The notes: generated from the letters alone by a model not told the origin. A stretch of 64,000 nt of DNA from Octopus sinensis (GCF_006345805.1 NC_042999.1:68572001-68636000), one strand, 5' to 3'. Shown: positions 1 to 13,543, counted from the first letter of the stretch. A program made the numbers and translations.

Positions 1-1272
1 GGGGTCTGGTTCGGTCCGGACCTCCAAATGGAGAAGCACTGGAACGAGATAACGAGTAGGGTGGTCACTCTCGCCCGGCAAGAGACGACGGTGAACAGGT
101 GTGGTCGCCGTTTGTGAGGCACGCATTCCCGCAGCTAGTCTCCATGACCGAACTGCAGTCGTGGATCAAAAAGAGGCCGAGGAAGGGCGAATGGCACCGC
201 GAGTGTCGCGTTGCTCTCAAGCAACTCTGCCGTCCCGGGTCGACCCTGAGTGACTCCATCACAACCCAAGCATTCTATAGGGGATTAGTGGAGGGGAGGT
301 ACGACGACGAGCTCGGGGCGAACCTGGACGTCGACGAGGAATACCTGACCCGCCTGTTCGGGACGACTTTCGGGCCAGGGCCCATGGACAACTTCCAGAA
401 ATCCCTGGCCTGGCAGTGCTACCGAGAAGCGCTACCCGTTCGGGATAAGCTCTACAGACACGGCTCGAGAAACCTTGGGGCCGACCTGCCCGAGATGCGG
501 TCAGAGAGACGAAACCGTTCTGCACGCACTCGTGCAGTGTCCAACAATTTCCGACCTGTGGGCTTATGTCGAACAGCTGCTGTCACGTGTGGGACGAGTC
601 GGTTTATCAGCTGAGTCTATCGTCAATATTGTCACGCCTCCTTCCTTCAAACGGGAAGGAAGAGCTATTTTCATCATCCTTGTGGCTATGGCGAAAGAAT
701 GTATCTGGTGGACGCGTCTGAAAGAATTGGAGACAAACACTTTCCTCTCTGGTCAATCTCTCATCAACTTCTTCATGTACCACTTGAAAATGAAAGTGAG
801 AGTAGAGAAGCAAGTTTTGTCTAGCGAATGTTTTAAAAAAAGATGGGTGAATGTAGCAAGGATGGCACGTATGAATGACGAAGCCACCTTGAGCATAATC
901 CTATGAACCCAGAAATTGAAAACAGAGGGTTACCTACTTGCAAACAAATGTGGTAACATATAACAATATTGACCGAGGTTACCGTGGTCTTTTTCGTCGG
1001 CTTTTCTTCCCACGGATAAACCTTACTTGCTGCCCCCTTTACACCGTACATCATGACACTGTGATACACGATCCCTATTGATCGTTTTTTTTCCTCTTCC
1101 CCTTTTTCCTCTTTTTTCATTTTTCTTTTCCTTTTTTTCTTCTTTTTTCCCTTTTACGATCCCTTTTGATAGAAAACCTACGCCACTTTTTTTTTTCATC
1201 CCCCAAAAGAAAAGCTCTACCTTGTAATTTGTCCCATCTGTGTGCAGCCCTGTGTGGCCAATAAAGAAACTT
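1..1272 (+). mobile_element. Tx1/L1-type non-LTR retrotransposon, decayed 3' part (ORF2 C-terminus plus 3' UTR)
   Basis: Frame +1 GVWFGPDLQMEKHWNEITSRVVTLARQ; then SLAWQCYREALPVRDKLYRHG and, after a frameshift near 475, CPRCGQRDETVLHALVQC (zf-RVT-type CCHC typical of L1/Tx1 ORF2 C-termini). Stop at 906, pyrimidine-rich 3' UTR, AATAAA at 1260-1265, then (TATC/TGTC)n. Confidence 0.8.
99..906 (+). pseudogene. Frameshifted ORF2 C-terminal zinc-binding region of the Tx1-type LINE
   Basis: ORFs 99..614 and 475..906 join into one protein if one base near 474 (aaaCcttgggg) is removed. Confidence 0.75.
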
Positions 1273-2329
1273 ATCTGTCTGTCTATCTATCTATCTGTCT
1301 CTCTGTCATCCTGTTGTGTCTCATGAAAAATGATTCATCATTATTACCAACGCCATTAGTATAGTTTCAGTAGTTTTATGTTTACTACTTATTCCGAACG
1401 TTGTTCCCTGTGTAGACTATGTCACGTGTTTTGTTTTATATCTTATTGAAAGCCCATAAGGTGAACAGAGCTCAGTAGTACTAGTTTATGTTGCATCTCT
1501 CTATAAGACAAAGGTTTTGTTATATATTCATCGTCTGTTATTATGAGGATTGTCCTCATTTTCAATCCCTGCTTTCTGGTTATCTCTATCTCTAGATCTC
1601 ATATTTGGATAGTTTTGATTTTTTAAAAGAAATATATTTTCGTCCGTTGGAAAGGTTATATTTACGAGAAGACAGTAAATTTCTTTGCACAGGAGTATGG
1701 ATAATTTGGCTCAATCTCATCGACTGTAAAATGATGACATATTACAGAAAATGGTAAATTTCTAATTCCATCAAACCTATTGTGGTATGCGTTTATTCCA
1801 TTTCATTTCTCTCGTTTTCTTATAACGTTGCAATAATTTCTGGTTTGTGAAATCTCCAAGCATGTACGCACGTACCCACACATACACCTAGCGCGTGGGA
1901 CAAAACGCTCAGTGGCATTTCTTTCAGCTCTTCATGTTCTGAGTTCAAATTCCACCAAGACAGACTTTATGGTCGATAAAATAAGTACCAGTAATGTACT
2001 GAGGTGGGTGTAATCGACTTGCTCTCCTCACTCGAAAATTACTGGACTTGTGTCAAAATTGTGTGTGTTATATATAATGGACTCTCCCGTCGAAACCGAC
2101 GTCTGAGCGTTCAGCTTTGCTGAACGACCTGCACAAGTGTTTAGTTTATTGCAGTGGTTCCCAAACTTTTTCAGGCTTCTGCCCCCTTGACACCCGGGCC
2201 ACATTCCTAGCACCCCTACCACAACCAACCATTACAATCATAGACCTTTCTGAAGCAAATTCAAAGCAATTCTATTTCACAAATAATACTTAACCTAACG
2301 AACCTATTATTTTGTCCACTTTTTATCGC

Positions 2330-2530
2330 TCCACTTTTTATTATTTTTTTACATGAACCGCTACCCCATTAACAAAATCTAATCAGTTCGTGCCAGTCAC
2401 GAGACCATACATCTCTGAAAGTTTCATCCGAATCCATCCAGCGGTTCTTGAGATATATTGTTCACGGACAAACAAACAAACAAACATGACTGAAAACAAT
2501 ACCTCCGACTAAGCGAAGGCGAAGGTCATA
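2330..2530 (-). mobile_element. Helentron-associated/DINE-1-like non-autonomous element fragment (same family as 28420-28773)
   Basis: Terminal hairpin ACCTCCGACTAAGCGAAGGCGAAGGT, (ACAA)n, and body GAAAGTTTCATCCGAATCCATCCAGCGGTTCTTGAGATAT matching the reverse complement of 28470-28520. Confidence 0.5.
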
Positions 2531-2629
2531 AAGGAAGCAGTTTTTAGTTCGTTTGCACTTTGGTATTATTCATTTTAATTTTCTCTGTTCTTTGCCGGAT
2601 ATTTCAAAGCCTTTATCTTTCAATTACTT

Positions 2630-3010
2630 TAACCATCAAGCTGTGGCACCGCTTTGAAAAAATGTTAGTCGAACAGATCACCCCCAGTACTTATTTTTAT
2701 GTTTGTTTTTCTATCAGTCCCTTTCGCCGAACCACTAAGTTATAGAGACGTAAACACCCCAACACCGGTTGCCACGTGGCGGTATGGGACAAACACAACA
2801 GAAAGACACTCACACACGAGTGAGTATATATATATATATACATACATACACGACGGGATTATTTTAGTTTCCGTCTATCAAATCTACTCACAAGGCTTTG
2901 GTCGGCTCGAGGCTATAGTGGACGACTCTTGCTCAAGGTGGAGTGCACTGGGGCTGAAGTCAGAACCACGTGGTTGGGAAGCAAGCTAATTACCACACAT
3001 CCACTCGTGT
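2630..3010 (-). mobile_element. tRNA-derived SINE, family A
   Basis: Reverse complement of the family A sequence seen at 3573-3968, diverged. Confidence 0.7.
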
Positions 3011-3572
3011 TGTAAATATAACTTTTCTTTGTGTCAGTTCATGGATGGTAGAAATACAGTCTATATATAATTGCAAAGAATAACAACTAGAACAAGAGTT
3101 TTCACACCAGCTTACACTGAAGGTATACAAGAACAAATGTAGGAGCAAGAAATTACAACCAACTAAACCCAACTTGTATGTTTAGTTAACATATGGAGAG
3201 CCTTTTGCTGTTACCATCCGCGTATTGTTATGAATAACTGTTTACAACGACGTAAATATTGTCGCAAACAAATTTCGCGCAAATCTCTGGATTGAGATTA
3301 ATGCACGGTTCGAACTCTGGAACTGTAGCAGCAAATTAAAGGAAATTAATTTCTTATATAAGCATAAAGCAAGAATTTTTTTTTTGGGGGGGGGGGAGAA
3401 TAGGGAATCATATCGATCCAGTAATTGATTGGTATTTTATTTTATCGAACCTGAAAGACGGGAAGCAAAATTGATTACAAAGGGATTTGAACTCTTTATA
3501 TTTAATGAAATCAAATTTAATTAATAATTAAATTTGATTTAATTTAAATTAAATTTGATTTGATTTGATTTA

Positions 3573-3968
3573 GCAGGAGTGGCTATGTGGTAAGTAGCTT
3601 GCTTACAAATCACACGGTTCCGGGTTCAGTCCCACTGCGTGGCACCTTGGGTAAGTGTCTTCTTCTATAGCCTCGGGCCGACCAAAGCCTTGTGAGTGGA
3701 TTTGGTAGACGGAAACTGAAAAGAAGCCCGTCGTATATATGTATCTGTATATATGTGTGTGTGTTTGTGTGTCTGTGTTTGTACCCCCAACATTGCTTGA
3801 CAACCGATGCTGGTGTGTTTACGTCCCCGTAAATTAGCGGTTCGGCAAAAGAGACCGATAGAATAAGTACTAGGCTTACGAAGAATAAGTCCTGGGGTCG
3901 ATTTGCTCGACTAAAGGCGGTGCTCCAGCATGGCCGGCAGTCAAATGACTGAAACGAGTAAAAGAGTA
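3573..3968 (+). mobile_element. tRNA-derived SINE, family A (reference full-length copy)
   Basis: A-box-like TGGCTATGTGG, B-box-like GGTTCAGTCCC, internal (TA)/(TG) microsatellite, tail GACTGAAACGAGTAAAAGAG; more than 12 copies in the window. Confidence 0.85.
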
Positions 3969-4299
3969 TTTTTATAACGGTAACGGTTCTTGATTTTCGT
4001 ATTCCAGTTTTAATTGCTGATAAAATGATTTATTCATTTCATTCAAATTCATTAATTATGAATCATACTGACCTTCATGCTTAAGTCGCCGAAACAGCTG
4101 TAGAAAATAATGTTGAAATGTCATAGGGATCTTTTTTTCACGACCTTCGAACCTTTTGAACTTTTCTAAAGATTTTTTGTACTTTCTTCTTTTTCCTATT
4201 GTCGTTTCTCTCTCCCGTGTGACCCCTCTGTCCGGCATTTGCCATAATAGATCACTCGCCACTAAACCTTTATTTTATCTCCCTGTTTATTTCTGTGTT

Positions 4300-4562
4300 A
4301 CGGGGGCGTAAACACACTAACATTCGTTGTCAAGCGATGGTTGGGGGACAAAACAGACACAATAAACACACATACACACACATATATATATATATACGAC
4401 GGGCTTCTTTTGCTTCCATCTACCAAATCCACTCACAAGACTTTGGTTGGCCCGAGGCTATAGTAGAAGGCACTAGCCCAAGGTACCACGCAGTGGGACT
4501 GAACCCGGAACCATGTGGTTTGTAAGCAAACTACTTACCACACAGCCACTCCTGCGCCTATA
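4300..4562 (-). mobile_element. SINE family A, 3'-truncated
   Basis: Head and body match 3573-3800 in reverse. Confidence 0.8.
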
Positions 4563-4899
4563 TGGTAGACAAAAAAAGGGATACTACGAAACCGTACCCA
4601 CAAATAAACACTCGCATATGTTATTCCTAAGTAACAATATATTGGAGTATAGCACGTTATACAACTGAACTTTTATATTCAATGGATAATTTCGTTGAAA
4701 GTGAGCAGTTATCACCTGCGATATTATTCTAGTTAGGTATCTATATTCAGTAAGCTCACAAGTTATGGGCATTTAAACACTATTGTTTCTTGTATTTTTA
4801 TACTTGAATATTATAAAGTAATCCGTCGGCGATACACTCAAAGTTGTTCCTGGCTCTTTCAATGGAACATTAAATATCTTGCAAGTTATAAGAACCAGA

Positions 4900-6250
4900 A
4901 ATTTGAAAATTTTTCACTTCTTGCACTAAGTTCAAATCCCGCCGAGTTCAACTTTGACTTTCAGTCTTTCGGGTTTGGTAAAATAAAATCTTAATCATGC
5001 ACTGGTATCGACTACGGGACCATCGCATCAAGACTGTTAGTCTTGTACCTAAATTAGAAGCAACTCCTTTTCTTCTTACTATAATCTTTATGGCGACGAG
5101 CTGGCAGAATCGTTAGCATGCCGGACAAAATGCTAAGCATCATTTCGCCCGTCTTGACGTACTGAGATCACAGTCCTCGAGGTCGACTTTGCCTTTCGGT
5201 AAAATAAGTACCAGTTGTAATCGACTTAACCCCTCCCCCTAAATTGATGCCCTTGTGGCAAAACTTGAAACCGTCATTATTATTATTATTATTATGAAGG
5301 CGGTGTACTGGCAGAATCATCAGCGCGTTGGGTGAAATGCTTCGCGATATTTCGCCCGTCGCTACGTTCTGAGTTCAAATTCCGCCGAGATCGACTTAAC
5401 CTTTCATCCTCTCGGGGGTCGATAGAATAAGTACCAGTTGTGTACTGAGATCGATGTAATCGATAATCCCCTGCCCCAAAATCAGGCCTTGTGCCTATAA
5501 TAGGATTATTATTACTATTACCATTATTATTACTATTACTATTATTATTAAACTTACTATTATTATTATTACTATTATCATTATTATTATTATTACTATT
5601 ATTATTATTACTATTATTACTATTATTACTATTATTATTATTATTATTATTATTATTTAAGGCGGTGAGTTGGCGGAATCGTTAGCACGCCGGGCGAAAT
5701 GCTTAGCAGTATTTCGTCTGCCGCTACGTTCTGAGTTCAAATTCTGCCTAGGTCGACTTTGCCATTGATCCTTTCGGGGTCGATTAAATAAGTACCAGTT
5801 ACGCACTGGGGTCGATATAATCGAGTTAATCCGTTTGTCTGTCCTTGTTTGTCCCCTCTGTGTTTAGCCCCTTGTGCGTAGTAAAGAAATAGGTATTTTG
5901 TCTGTCTTCACGGTCGACTTTGCGTACTGGGGTCGATCTAATCGACTGGTCCCGCTCCCCCAAAATTTCAGGCCTTGTGCCTAGAGTAGAAAAGATCATC
6001 ATCATCATCATCATCATCATCCCCCTCCTCCTCATCGAGGCCGGTGATCTGGTTGAATCATTAGCACACCGAACAAAATGCTTCGTGGCATTTCGCACGT
6101 CTTTACGAGTTCAAATTTCATCAGGTCGATAGTCTTTATCTCTCATTCTTTCGGGGGTCGATAAAATAAGTACCAATGGAATTCTGGGGTGTCAGTATAA
6201 ACCACTAGACTCCTCCCCAAAAATTTCACGCCTTGTCCTTATAACAAAAA
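4900..6250 (+). mobile_element. Cluster of about five family B tRNA-SINEs separated by (ATT)n/(ATC)n tails; includes a Tx1-tailed dimer at 5658-5995
   Basis: Repeated GGCG(G/A)(C/T)GAGCTGGCAGAA head, GAGTTCAAATTCC B-box, and a CTTTCATCCTTTCGGGGTCGATAAAATAAGTACC core (recalls the Nin/Deu-type SINE domain; not verified). Confidence 0.8.
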
Positions 6251-8209
6251 GGATTATTATTATTATTATTATCGTTGTTATTATCATTCAATACCGACAT
6301 AATTACCACCGTAAGTTTCATTATTATAGCGTATGTCCAAAAGTTAGCCATTTATATTCATCGGCTTACTTTCATCTAAAAATACATACATGCTTTTGTC
6401 TAAACCCACACTGCTACACGCTCACTCACATACACGCACAAGATATTTATATAAATCTGCTATATAATGTCTGTCAGCTTTTTCAACTAAGCTGAAAAGA
6501 CGAAGTGTCGGTTGTAAAATTAACTATTTTATAATTTTTTTTATAAATATATTTTTTCTTCTGTATTGGTTAAAGGTGTGAAGTTTTCCGCCCACGTTTT
6601 CCAGAGTAATGGGCACAAACAGACATATATGCATATTATACACATACATGCATAAACACATACCCAAGTACACACGAACGCAACGCAGACAAGTTTATAC
6701 ATACACCCGATGCATACAGGTAAACATACGTGTAAGCACAGAGACATATACATATTTACAACCACACACACACACACACACATGTAGTGGAAAGGATGAG
6801 GAAGAGAGGGTGAGAACGAGAGGTAGCAGTGATGTAGAGGAATTTCAAATTCTGTTTGTTGTATATTTTACGGGAAATGACGATATAAAACGGCTCGTTT
6901 GAGCAGCCGTGGCAACAACAACAACAACAACACAAGCGATAGCCATAGGACCCACCTGAATGGTGATGATGATTATTGAGAGTATAATGGTGATGATGAC
7001 GGTGAAGATTATAATGATAAGCATCAGTAACTTCGCCACCGTCACGAAACCGCAACCATCTCCTTCACTACACGCCGATCATCATCATCATCTTCATGAT
7101 CAACATCGTTGCTAATCCTATCAACATTACCATCACCAACAGCGACGCTATCACCAATCCCAAGCACAAAGTCATTATTATTATTATCTCTCCTCCTCTC
7201 TCTCCCTTCTCTTTCCCCTCTCTCAAGACACTGGTGCCATAAAAAGAAAGAACACATTAGATATTGTAGTCTTCGGTTTACTATGTCAGTGAATAAGATG
7301 AAATGGTCACGAATGGAACAGCTTTGATTATACAGTCGTCTGATCAGAGCTGTCCTGGGGCTAAACTGTTACAACACTCATTAAAAGCAAGAACAACAAC
7401 AATAAAACCATAATAAAGAAAGTTCTATTTCCCTACACCATCGCGGGATTAATCATAAACCAAAATGAGCATGTGCTTAGGGCATCAAGATAAAGGAGTT
7501 GGGGGGAGGGACCATAAAAATGGAAAATGGTTTACGGCACGAAAGAAATCACTTTAAACTTGCTAAAATAAATATTCGAGATACTTTATCTCTACTAAAT
7601 TTAGAAGTAATATGTTACGTAGGATTAACTTTGAAGATCTGATCAAAGATTTTGTAATTAAAAAAAAAGAAAACTTTTCAAATATAAATAAAGAGGAAGC
7701 ATACAAAAATTAAATTTTATTTTCCATCTTACTGTTAGCTTTGTTTCAGTTAGAAATATAAAAAAATTATTTTATGGTTTATTATTGATCATATTTTGAA
7801 TTACATATATTAGGGGGCACCAAAATCTTTTAAATGCTTTAAATTGTGCTTGTGGATCTTAATCTAGTCCTACCCTACACCAATAACTGTACAGTCTGAT
7901 ATTTTGAATTAATAATTATTTCATCACTGCTTCCTCAGTTACAGTGAAGTCTATACTGCGCCAATGCGGCCAGAATAATACGGGAATGTAGCGAGGTCAA
8001 AGAGCGGTGAATTAGTTGAGTAAGGGTTGGATGAAATACCTCGTAGTGTTTGTTCTGACGCTCTGCACTATGAGTTCAAGCTCTGCCACAGTTAACTTTG
8101 CTATCCATCCTTTTGAGTCTGAGAAAAAGGCAATAATCCAGAGTAGTGGATTAGCGGAACAGTAAGAGGGTCGGGAAAACAGACGAAAAACCGCTACCAG
8201 CTCGCCGCC

Positions 8210-8248
<39 letters not shown>

Positions 8249-9002
8249 GTTAATAATAATCTCTTATAATAATACTCGTGTTTTTCTCCGTCACAACAAA
8301 TGAATGAGAAAGAAAGGGGTGATAGCTGAACAAGGAAGGAAGGGGTGAAAAAAAAATCAAACAGCGTTTCAAGTCTGTGAGTGTATGTGTATGTAAAAGG
8401 AAGGTATGTGAATGTGTGTGTGTGTGTGTGTGTGTGAAATGGAACTGGGATGGTGAACAGTCAACGCTGAAAAGAAAAATCAAACAGCGTTTCAACTCTG
8501 TGAGTATATGTGTGCGCGTCTACAAGGGAAGTATGTGAATGTTTGTATGTGCGAACCAGCGTTCTTTCAGTAACAAACCATGATCGATGTCACATCTCAA
8601 AAGACAACCACTAGATAACATTGACAAGTGTATCAATTTGATTTACCATCCATAATTATATATAAAATTCTACAATTACCTGTCATTTTTGACAGCAGGG
8701 GGCCAGCTAGTACATATTATAATTACTGCTACTACTACAAAGCTAGTATATGCTAATTTAATTAGGTGGAATGTTACCTCGAGGTTTGGTAACAACAAGT
8801 CTCCTAAAATCTTAAGAGTCTTTTACAGAAGATAGGATGGTACTTTGCCGCAGAAGATTGACAATGCGACTTTCAATTACCATCTCTTTCAGTCTTTTAG
8901 GTGTCATTTTGGGTGTTGTGCCATGTGCACCAATTACCACCGGAATAATTATTGTCCTTTTTGCTTCCAGTCTCTTCCTGGACCCTGATATTTCTCATTC
9001 TA

Positions 9003-9662
9003 GGCGGCAGAACTGGCAGACACGTTAGCACGCCGGGCGAAATGCTTAGCAGTATTTCATCTGCCGAAGGCGGTGAGCTGGCTGAAACGTTAGCACGCCG
9101 GGCGAAATGATTAGCAGTATTTCGTCTGTCTTTATGTTCCGAGTTCAAATTCCGCCGATGTTGACTTTGCCTTTCATCCTTTCGCGGTCGATTAAATAAG
9201 TACCAGTTACGCACTGGGGTCGATATAAATACATACGAAATACCTATTTCTTTACTACCCACAAGGGGCTAAACACAGAGAGGACAAACAAGGACAGACA
9301 AACGGATTAAGTTGATTACATCGACCCCAGTGCGTAACTAGTACTTAATTTATCGACTCCGAAGGGATGAAAGGCAAAGTCGACCTCGGCGAAATTTGAA
9401 CTCAGAACGTAACGGCAGACGAAATACCTATTTCTTTATTACCCACAAGGGGCTAAACACAGAGAGGACAAACAAGGACAGACAAACGGATTAAGTTGAT
9501 TAAATCGACCCCAGTGCGTAACTAGTACTTAATTTATCAACTCCGAAGGGATGAAAGGCAAAGTCGATCGACCTCGGCGAAATTTGAACTCAGAACGTAA
9601 CGGCAGACGAAATACCGCTAAGTATTTCGCCCGGCGTGCTAACGTTTCTGCCAGCCCGCCGC
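9003..9662. mobile_element. Nested and inverted family B SINE cluster (plus head, plus copy, then a minus-strand tandem dimer)
   Basis: Head 9003-9066 is followed directly by a new head at 9067. A minus-strand array at 9240-9662 has two Tx1-like tails and joins the plus copy near 9235. Confidence 0.8.
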
Positions 9663-10368
9663 CCTGCTGTCATCTAAATCTTAATACATGGTTTGTCTAA
9701 ACCCACGCAGCTACACACATACGAAAATATTTACATCATCGTTAGTATTATGGTCTCGATGAGCATCACATCAATGATGATAATTATAATCTTTCTGAAC
9801 TCCAGCATCATAATCATGGTCACTTACCGCCGTCATTTTTATCATGGCGACCACAGTCAAATATTGTCGTAATTTTAATCCATTGGTTAGCAATGGTCGA
9901 CTTTGTTATTTGAGTAAAAGGGATTTGGTAAGAACGAAAGGATGAATGAAATGAATGATGAAGCGAGAAGGCGAGAGAAATAGAGAGACAGCAAGAGAGA
10001 TGGATAGAAAGAGAGAGAGAGAAATTGTAGGAAATGTATACAAGCTCACACATATAAATGAGGGAGATAGTGAGAAATAATTTGAAATACACACACACAC
10101 AAGAGAGGGAGAAAATGAAAAGAGAGGCATCCAGGGAGAGAAAGTGTTTGTGTGTGTTTGATATATATATATGTATATGTATAGAGAGAGAGAGAGCCTT
10201 TATGAAATGTGTGCGTACGGATGTGTCCGGGAGACAGACGAACATACAGACAGATAAAGCTTGAGTGAAATGATGCGAAAAGTAGATGAAAGAACGAAAT
10301 AAAGCGCGAGCGTAAAGATGTGTGTGCATGTGTGTATATGAGCATATATGAATACATGTATGTGTGTG

Positions 10369-10400
<32 letters not shown>

Positions 10401-10886
10401 CAAGAAGTAAAGAGACAGAAGAAAAGAGAGAAAGAAAAGAAAGCAAGCGAACGTTTTATTGCTTTTAACGATGTGTTAGCAATTGTTTCCAACAATGAGT
10501 ATTTCAACCTGCAAATATTACGTCCCAGCACACGCTGTCGGGCAACTGTATAAAAACGATCTCCACAATGGTTACTGTTGCTGAATACAGCTTTAAATCA
10601 GCCGTCTACCGATAGAGGGCGTTGTCAATGTGGTCTCGGCTAAAAACTCTTTCCATTTTTTAAAATTTTTATTTTATTTTATTTGATTCTGTATTTTTGT
10701 TTTCTTTTTCTAAGCTAGCCAGCTAAAATATCAATGAATAGTGAGAAATGAAAATAAAATATTTAGTAAGAAAGCAAATTGAAAAATAGAAAATTACAGG
10801 GAAAAAGATATCGAAATATTTCTAGGCAAAGCAGTCTCGTATCGTGTTTGAGCATTCGCGCTCCCCTGGTGTGTGTTAACACTCGC

Positions 10887-10920
<34 letters not shown>

Positions 10921-10925
<5 letters not shown>

Positions 10926-10999
10926 CAGTAGCCATGATAAAACTCCGAGTTTCCGGCCCGACAACCGAAACACGGAATTTTATCATGGCTACCGAATAA
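10921..10999. repeat. 79-bp foldback (27-bp inverted arms), MITE-like
   Basis: TTATTCAGTAGCCATGATAAAACTCCG pairs with CGGAATTTTATCATGGCTACCGAATAA with 2 mismatches; abuts (TA)n. Confidence 0.75.
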
Positions 11000-11098
11000 T
11001 TGTCACATATATTTATAGATAAATTTACATAATATTTATTTACATAATATCGAGGTTCCTTTCTTTTGTTGTCTTACTATTTCTATCAACATATACAT

Positions 11099-11281
11099 GA
11101 TAGATCGTTAGCCACTACACACATTTTTTCTTGCCTTGTTTTTTTTCTGTGTCCCTTTCTGTAGAAGAGCGTAGGCTCGAAACGTAAACGACTTTTTCTA
11201 TTCCCGAGCGTTATACTAATACATCTGTTTGTTTTGTACACCACCTGTCTTCGTCTTTTGTTTTTTTCGTGGACTCTCCCC
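11099..11281 (+). mobile_element. Penelope-like terminal repeat fragment with variant minimal hammerhead motif (11159-11186)
   Basis: CTGTAGA-A-GAGC gtag GCTC-GAAACGTA; homologous to 56012-56198 (minus); ends in (TA)n. Confidence 0.6.
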
Positions 11282-11295
11282 ATATATATATATAT

Positions 11296-12465
11296 ATATA
11301 TCCTGTCTGAGGATCTCTTTCTCGATCGATTTCCAGTTCAGATTGGAGAGATTTTGTGTGCTTCCTTTAGGCTGTTTGTGTCTGGCTCCTTTTGGTCCAT
11401 ACATAGACAGTTCTATTATGTTGTGATCCGAAACTAACGTCGGCATCACTTTCACATCATGAACGATGTCCATATTGTTCGTGAAGCAGATATCTAGAAT
11501 GTTATTCGCCCTACTTGGTCTGAGTACAACTTGTTCCATGAGTAGAGCATTGGTGAGGTTGAGCAGGGACTCCGCCTGTACTTGCTTGCAATGAGTTATT
11601 CCTGAGAGCATGAAACCTTCGGGCCATTTGACGTTGAGGAAGTTGAAATCACCCATAAAAAATATGGTCACGTGGTGCTCCAGTTTCATAAGGATTTCTT
11701 TCATTCTTGTGAGGCAATCTTCAAACTTGCCTATGTGTTTTGGAGCATTCGGTGGGTAATATGTATTGCATATGACTATATTATGTTGTCTTATATATAC
11801 AATTAGAGCGTCACATACCGAATTTGAGTATGACAATAAGACCTGGGGTGTGAGATCATCACGGATGTATACCGCAAATCCACCATGGCTCCTTTCCCTT
11901 CTGTCTGTTCGCAGTATGGCATATTTTGGTACGTGTACTTCTGCATCTTCTCTATCAGGGCTGAGGTACATTTCCACGAGTGCTATGCATAGGACTTGAT
12001 TGCATGCAGCAAGATCTCTCAGGAAAGAAATTTTGCTTTTATAATGATGCAACAGGCAGCCAATATTTTTATTAAAAATATTGGCGTAATAAAAATATTG
12101 GCGTGACGACTGTCCAAGCGTTAGGGGAGGCCATCCCGTGTCTGTTGACTGTGGTGGTCTTGCATAGTGGTGGGCAGGGTTCCTTCTCTGTGCTTGGTGT
12201 AGCCATGTCACCTGCTGTACAAACTTTTGCGCCATGCACAAAAAAGACTTGCTCAGCTGCTGGCTTGCGCATAACATCTGAAGAGCGCACTTCTTTTGTG
12301 AATTTTTTCCTTGGAGACATTTGTTGTCTTTCCTCAGGGAAGTTTTTCTCTTTAAGGCCCCTGTAGCTTTGGCGGGGTGACGGGTGGGCAAACCACCAGC
12401 TTCTGCCATCTTCCCCATGCAACATTTGCAGGTTCTTGAGTGCTTCCCAAGTTTTTCTTTCCTGT

Positions 12466-12466
<1 letters not shown>
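11296..12466 (-). mobile_element. CR1-type LINE fragment: ORF1 remnant plus apurinic-like endonuclease of ORF2, truncated before RT
   Basis: Motifs DRRERSHGGFAVYIR, YYPP, GDFNF, RANNILDICFTN and SDHNII are standard APE endonuclease motifs; upstream HGEDGRSWWFAHP resembles a degenerate CCCH finger. Both ends are cut by (TA)n. Confidence 0.85.
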
Positions 12467-12507
<41 letters not shown>

Positions 12508-12526
12508 ATATACACACACACGTATA

Positions 12527-13073
12527 TTAACTATATATATATAGTATCACACACATATATTTACTATATATTAATATATATACACACACACACACATATA
12601 TTTGCTATATAATAAAATATATAACCACACACACACATATTTGCTATATATTATAAATATATACACACACACATATATTTGCTATATATATAAATATATA
12701 TACACACACATATTTACTATATATATAAAATATATACACACACATATATTTACTATATATATAAATATATATACACCACACATATATTTACTATTTATAT
12801 AAATATATATACAACACATATATTACTATATATATAAATATATATACACACACATATATGTACTATATATATAAATATATATACACACACATATATTTAC
12901 TATTTATATAAATATATAATATCTCTATATATAAAACATATATATGTATATATATAATATATATATATATATTATATATATATATATAATATATACATAC
13001 ATATATATATACATACATACGCCACATATATTAACTATATATAATATTATATATATATCTATATATAAAAATA

Positions 13074-13113
<40 letters not shown>

Positions 13114-13335
13114 CATACGCACATATATTAACTATATATATATATACATACATACACATTAACTATATATATATATACCATTAACTATATATATAATTAT
13201 CACATTAACTTAATATATATATACACATTAACTATATATATATATATTATATACACATTAACTAGTATATATATACATTAACTATATATATATATACACA
13301 TTAACTATATATATATATAATATATACACATTAAC

Positions 13336-13366
<31 letters not shown>

Positions 13367-13509
13367 TAACTATATATATCACATACACACAATTAACAAT
13401 ATATATATATATATACATATATTAACTATATATACATACACATATTAACTATATATACATACACATACATATATTAACTATATATACATACACATACATA
13501 TATTAACTA

Positions 13510-13543
<34 letters not shown>

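Noticed and set aside
8345-8550. ~120-bp local direct duplication
   Set aside because: Ordinary slippage-type duplication around (TG)n; no further structure.
11216-12517. 433-aa ORF as an intact gene
   Set aside because: It starts and ends in (TA)n read-through, fuses out-of-frame ORF1 remnant to a LINE endonuclease, and lacks RT.
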